A DNA stretch of 64,000 nt, from the NCBI GenBank assembly GCA_963804645.1, contig CAWDRG010000019.1, positions 245,227 to 309,226 on the forward strand, written 5' to 3'. Under the pieces are notes generated by a model. That model saw only the letters and a program-made list of their open reading frames with translations, was not told the DNA's origin and ran no database searches. This document shows positions 59,358 through 64,000 of this stretch, one piece after another; position 1 is the stretch's first letter, and the number at the start of each line of letters is the position of its first letter. The translations under genes were made by a program, and so were the position numbers. Source of the stretch: an uncultured Bacillota bacterium. GTDB taxonomy: Bacteria > Sysuimicrobiota > Sysuimicrobiia > Sysuimicrobiales > Segetimicrobiaceae.

Positions 59358-60623
59358 GTGTCGCTGAAACAACTCATTCCGCCGCCATTGCGCCGCGCCT
59401 ACGGGCAGCTTGCGGACGGCCCCTCGCATTGGCCGGAGATTGTCCGGAGGCGCGACGTCCGCACCATTGACCTGCGACGGACGTTGATCGGCGGCGAAGG
59501 CGCGTTTGACGCGCGCCACTGGGCCGAGGCGACCGGAGATCCACGTCGAGCCTCGATGCTCCTGCGGGAATCCCCGCACGTCCACCTCCTTGAGAGGTAC
59601 CGAACGGTTGGTGAGCGGGTGTTCGACCCGCGGACGTTCGAGCAGACGCCCTACTTCCGGAACGGGGTACAGGCCGTTCAACTGTGCGGAAGTTATTTCG
59701 GACATCGGACGACGGACGGCATCGCCGCCCAGGCCCGTGCGTTCGTTCACCTTTACGAACGAACCGCACGGCGAGACCCAAGCGAGGTCGAGTTCACTCA
59801 CCGCGGCAGGCATTCGCCCGCCGGATCCCTTCCCGTGGCACGGCAAACGCTGAGCCCGGCCGCATTTCAGATTAGCGACGGACACCATCGCCTCGCGGTG
59901 GCCTGGGCGTTGGGCAGCCACGAAGCGCTGGCAAGAATCGCGCGGCCGCAGTCTCCGACGGCGCTCCAGTCTCTGGTGCTGAGCTGCGCACAAACCCGTG
60001 GCCGCCGGGAGCTGTATCAACCGGTCAGTCGCGTCGACTTCGACGCTTCCTGGAAGATCGTGCGCCGGTGCGACGACCGCCTCGCCATGATGCTCAACTT
60101 TCTGGCGGAGGTCGACATGTCTCCTACGGCGCTGTCTGTCCTCGACCTCGCATGCGCGTACGGATGGTTCGTCAACGAATTCGCACAACGGGGCAGCGCC
60201 GCGATGGGCGTAGACGCCGACCGGTCGACGCTACGGATCGGCCAGATCGCCTACGGACTGCGTCCGGAACAGACTGTGCAGAGTGATCTGGTGACCTTTC
60301 TCGCCCGCTGCCATCGCACGTGGGATATCGTGCTGCTCCTCAGCGTACTGCATCATTTCGTCCTACATCCGCGCCTCGGTTCCGCCGAAGAGCTGCTTCG
60401 CCGCGTCGACCGTGTAACGGGCTCGTGCCTGTTCATCGACACCGGACAGGCACACGAGCGGTGGTGGCGCGGCGTACTGCCGAAATGGAATGACGCCTTC
60501 GTCGTCGACTTCATCCGACAGAACACGTCGTTCGCCCGGGTCGTGCTGATCGGCGCGGACCTCGATCACGCCGGCCCCTATCGCGGCAACTACCGGCGCA
60601 CGCTGTTCGCCTGTGTCCGATAG
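59358..60623 (+). CDS. ParB/Srx-like N-terminal domain fused to a class I SAM-dependent methyltransferase
   Basis: FQISDGHHRLA in the N-half; VLDLACAYGWF, MGVD, DIVLLLSVLHH in the C-half. Confidence 0.75.
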   Translation: MSLKQLIPPPLRRAYGQLADGPSHWPEIVRRRDVRTIDLRRTLIGGEGAFDARHWAEATGDPRRASMLLRESPHVHLLERYRTVGERVFDPRTFEQTPYFRNGVQAVQLCGSYFGHRTTDGIAAQARAFVHLYERTARRDPSEVEFTHRGRHSPAGSLPVARQTLSPAAFQISDGHHRLAVAWALGSHEALARIARPQSPTALQSLVLSCAQTRGRRELYQPVSRVDFDASWKIVRRCDDRLAMMLNFLAEVDMSPTALSVLDLACAYGWFVNEFAQRGSAAMGVDADRSTLRIGQIAYGLRPEQTVQSDLVTFLARCHRTWDIVLLLSVLHHFVLHPRLGSAEELLRRVDRVTGSCLFIDTGQAHERWWRGVLPKWNDAFVVDFIRQNTSFARVVLIGADLDHAGPYRGNYRRTLFACVR

Positions 60624-61079
60624 GCCACAGTTTGTGGCCCGATCCCAAATAATGGCGGGCGTTTTGGTGTGATGGCGCAGGGAGGGTATTGCTCGTGACA
60701 CAAGGAGGTTTTTGAAAGGTCACATTGCCTGAGAATCACGACAAAGCGAGGCGAAATGGAGCGAGATTCTGGGGGCGTGCGAGATCTCCTTTCCCTCTTG
60801 TAGCGATTCGACTCGCGCGCACCGGCAGCTGCAGCGCGGGTTCGGTCGGCAGGACGTTCTTGGACGATGTGTGGCAACGGTGTTTCTACGGCTGTTCGGC
60901 GGGATGCCCGCACCGAACACCGCGTAGCCCAAGGTATGCCTCGCAAAGGCTTCCCCCGCGTCACTCCCGAGCAATCCCGCGCCGCGACCGCCGACGCGCT
61001 CCGCGGGCTGCGCGACAAGGCTGTGGAGCTCGTCAAAGCCGCGCTGCGGCCCGGCGTCGGTTGATTGTATCAATGCTGG

Positions 61080-62417
61080 CTACCGCCGCTCGGGGTAGTA
61101 CACCATCACAAAATATTTCAATGCGTATAAGTCGGTTGACTGGATTCCGTAGCCAAACGTGAAGTCGTAGTTCAGCTGACGGCCGGCGCTCCCCGGTGGA
61201 GCATTCCCCACTTCACAGTCCGGCGAGGTTCCTCCAGTTCCGTTCAGATTAGGCACACACTCCTCCCAATAGAAGAATGGCTGGAGATTCTGGAACGGTC
61301 CGGCCTTCCCTTGCACCACCATCAGTCGGGCATCGCCGGAACTGAGCTTTAGGTTTTCGAATAGCGCTCTCAGATCGTCCGGGGAATCAGGCAACCGCCA
61401 ATTCTTGCTTTGCAGATACTCCGCTTTTCTCATCGCCTCGACCCAGCGGTTTGCGGTCTGCCACAGCATGGCGCCTCCACTGATGAGTGGAGCTTTGATC
61501 CGAGTCGGGTGTCCAGGGCGGGGATAGGGGCGCCTCTCTTCGATCTCCACATTGCCGGTGACTCTGAAGGCATTCGAGGCCGCCAAATTCGCATCCGTCG
61601 GCCACGAGTTCCCAGTACTGCAGTCGTAAACGGCCTTGTCCTTGGCAGGACCCTGAGTGTAGAGGACCACGTACGGTCCGGGACCAACTGGGCAGTGCGG
61701 CGCCTCGCCCCCGATCGGGCCATATTCCTTCGGGACCATCGGCAATACGTAGTAGTAGGAGTCAATGATTGTGGTGGCATCCACCGAGCCCGAAGCGAAC
61801 GAAAAAATTCTCTTTCCGTGCAGACCTCCATCCGCGCCGGTCCAGTAATACGACAGTTGCATGTTCTCGAAGGGAGCGACCGTGGCGCCGAAACTCGGCG
61901 CGACATTGTCCGGGAGCATCCGATTCAGTCCCACGTAGTAAAGGTTTCCCAGCGGGTTGCCCTGGCATAGCCCGCCAAACGACGCGCCCTGCGGCCCCAG
62001 AGCTCCGCAACTTGCGTCTTTCATTGGCGAGGCGGGAAGTTGCCAGTTGTCATGTCCCAGCCAACCACCGTTGTAGCGGTTCAGCGCTTTCACCCATTGC
62101 TGCGCAGTCGGGTAATCCATGGTGCCGTTCGGACCAATTCCGCTGATTCCCATCTCGCGCGCGATCTTCTGCCCGTCTGCGCTGGCAGCGAGGTTGGCAT
62201 CTGCCAACCAGTAGACTTTATTGTTGGCGTCGTACACGACCTGGCCGCCGTCTTGGGCCGTCAGCCCCTGACTCATGAGAGGCGTCGACTGACCGCGCGC
62301 CCAGCCGATGAAAACACCTGACAGCACAAGACAGACCGCCAGACAAAAGCTCGATGCGCGCACTCGCTTGGCGGGTTCGCCCAACCGCGTGGCCCTCTTT
62401 TCGGGTATGATCCTCAT
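61080..62417 (-). CDS. Secreted protein with two tandem DUF1566/Lcl-like repeats
   Basis: Signal peptide; VYD.....W..DANLAAS, M....A..WV.A......L...NW.LP and PF.N.Q...YW each occur twice. Confidence 0.72.
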   Translation of the reverse strand: MRIIPEKRATRLGEPAKRVRASSFCLAVCLVLSGVFIGWARGQSTPLMSQGLTAQDGGQVVYDANNKVYWLADANLAASADGQKIAREMGISGIGPNGTMDYPTAQQWVKALNRYNGGWLGHDNWQLPASPMKDASCGALGPQGASFGGLCQGNPLGNLYYVGLNRMLPDNVAPSFGATVAPFENMQLSYYWTGADGGLHGKRIFSFASGSVDATTIIDSYYYVLPMVPKEYGPIGGEAPHCPVGPGPYVVLYTQGPAKDKAVYDCSTGNSWPTDANLAASNAFRVTGNVEIEERRPYPRPGHPTRIKAPLISGGAMLWQTANRWVEAMRKAEYLQSKNWRLPDSPDDLRALFENLKLSSGDARLMVVQGKAGPFQNLQPFFYWEECVPNLNGTGGTSPDCEVGNAPPGSAGRQLNYDFTFGYGIQSTDLYALKYFVMVYYPERR

Positions 62418-62509
62418 GACCCACGCTCCTTAATAGGGATCCCTACATCCTGTGTCAGGAAGACCGCACCCGGCGCTTTCCCAGGAAGCCCAGGTGAAGC
62501 TGGAGCCGG

Positions 62510-62738
62510 ATAGCAATTAAGAACGATTACTTCACGTATGCCATCGTCAACAAGATCGATGATCCGGTACACACCCTGGCGAACGCGGTATTTGACTTCG
62601 CCCGACAGCTTTCGCAACGCCTGGTCTCGGATTCGCGGACAAGGTTTCAATTCGGCGCGTCGCACGCCGTCGATTCTCCTTAGGAAGGCGCAATTCTCTG
62701 ATAGCCGACGGTTTGATCAGGACGCTATCGTCGGCCAC
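62510..62738 (-). pseudogene. RelE/ParE-family toxin, frameshifted
   Basis: VLIKPSAIREL..RIETLSANPRPG, then KLSGEVKYRVRQGVYRII..VDD in another frame. Confidence 0.7.
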
Positions 62739-62946
62739 GCCGCCTCAGATCCTTGAGCACCGTCTCGCAAGATACATGTGGTTCCCGGCGTCTTTGTTCA
62801 AAGGCCACGAGATCTTCGGCATCTTCCAGTAGGCTAGCGCGCACGGCTCGGGTGACGAGTTCAGACTCTTCTACCTCGGCTGCCTTCCTCTTGAGGGCCT
62901 TATGCAGATCCGCTTCAAGATAGACCGTTGTTCGCCGGAGTTTCAT
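62725..62946 (-). CDS. CopG/RHH-family antitoxin (possibly degenerate)
   Basis: RRTTVYLEADLHKALKRKAAE, EDAEDL.AFE.R..EP; TTGACG-N17-TATTGT promoter (62982..62954) 7 nt before the ATG, with AGCG repeats at 8-bp period. Confidence 0.75.
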   Translation of the reverse strand: MKLRRTTVYLEADLHKALKRKAAEVEESELVTRAVRASLLEDAEDLVAFEQRRREPHVSCETVLKDLRRRGRR

Positions 62947-63027
62947 GTGCCCCACAATAGCGCTAAAGCGCGATAGCGTCAATGCGACGATCCCCAACCG
63001 GCCCGCACCGCGACGCGAACGGAAACG

Positions 63028-63766
63028 CTATCTCTCCTGGCGCGTGGGCCGAAACAGGATCTCCTTCACGTCCACCTCCTCAGGCTGGCTCATGGCCAAG
63101 CAACTGCCCGCGCAAACGATTCGGCGGAGATCGCGATTTGGTAGATGTGCGAACACTCTCGGCAATATCCGGCTGGTATGTGATCGGGCAGTCCGGTGGC
63201 GACCGCCCCCGGTGAGATGACTGTGGTTCGGATGTTATAGGGCTTTACCTCTTGGCGCAGCCCTTCGGACAGGGCCAGGACGGCGTGCTTCGTCGCCGAA
63301 TACACCGCGCCGCCAACATGGATGGTGTGCCCGGCCACAGACGAGACATTGATGATGTGACCGGCTTTTTGCTGCTTCATATGCGGCAGCGCCGCCCCCA
63401 CGCCGTGCAGCACGCCTTTAATGTTCACCTCGATCATCCGGTTCCAGTCGTCAATCTTGAGGCGGTCGAGCGGCGAGAGCGCCATCAGTCCGGCATTGTT
63501 GATCATGACGTCGATGCGCCCGTACGTCTGCACGGCGGCGTCGACCAATTTCTTGACCTGATCGAACTGGGTGACATCCGTCGCGATGGCGAGGGCCTTG
63601 CCGCCGTTAGCGGTCAGTTCGCCGCCAACGATTCGAGGAGATTGAGGCGCCGCGCACCAAGCACGACGCTTGCGCCCTGCGCCGACAGCGACCGAGCGGT
63701 CGCCTCGCCCAAGCCGCTGCTCACACCCGTGATGACAACGACTTTTCCGTCTATGTTGTTGTTCAT
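63028..63766 (-). pseudogene. SDR-family oxidoreductase, frameshifted (~63620, ~63095)
   Basis: [32 protein letters not shown] spread over separate reading-frame segments. Confidence 0.8.
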
Positions 63767-64000
63767 ACAGCGGAATTTTCCGTTATGAGTGCTGAAAACG
63801 TCCGACGGACACAGTCCACTGAAGAAGCCCCGGAACCACGAGCACCATGGTACGAAGCTTCCGGAATCCCGGTCATTTTCTGGCTCGATGGCCGTCGCAG
63901 AAAGCAATGCGGACAGCGCGTGTCCGCATCCGCGATTTCAGGGATCGGCGCTGGCTACGATGTTCGGTTCCTGATGTAGTGGCCGGAGTGAGTCGTATCT

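Noticed and set aside
60867..61064. Short ORF ending MPRKGFPRVTPEQ...
   Set aside because: Possibly a gene remnant, but too short and without a recognisable motif

Overview
High-GC bacterial chromosome segment with a Firmicutes-like (Terrabacteria-type) gene order; the lineage cannot be fixed from this window. Bases 1-48,850 are mostly core genes: nusA-ylxR-infB-DUF503-rbfA-nrnA-truB-ribF; nusB-acyP-ispA-tlyA-nadK-pyrG-ilvE-nudF-deoB-punA...pdp; an acyl-CoA cluster (hbd, acyl-CoA dehydrogenase, etfBA, a B12 mutase with isobutyryl-CoA-mutase signature residues, thiolase); ttuB-ttuA-trmI; lysA-site-2 protease-scpAB-dac; cmk-plsC-ispH-der-plsY-panE; and tRNA-Pro(GGG). Accessory DNA includes a 4-kb minus-strand islet between punA and pdp (TA pair, alginate-lyase-like, EVE, G1 glutamic peptidase), four IS elements with visible terminal inverted repeats (TIRs) and target-site duplications (TSDs), and a decaying island downstream of tRNA-Pro. 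That island holds a tRNA-flanked TA-only mini-islet, IS481 and IS1380 remnants, an IS-disrupted Mrr-like nuclease, a ParB-like/methyltransferase fusion, and a hydrolase whose 3' end is inverted. The best candidate for an undescribed system is that two dissimilar DDE transposons each carry a small CGKPxCHC zinc-finger (DUF6788-like) gene whose sigma70 -10 box sits at the centre of a 9-bp inverted repeat. This protein resembles the N-terminal beta-sheet domain fused to the transposase of a third, one-gene IS1634, suggesting a detachable transposon-regulator module. Single-base frameshifts in housekeeping genes (pyrG, nadK, plsY, tlyA) point to indel errors in the sequence, so frameshift-only pseudogene calls are uncertain. 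All family assignments are from motif recognition; no database searches were run.
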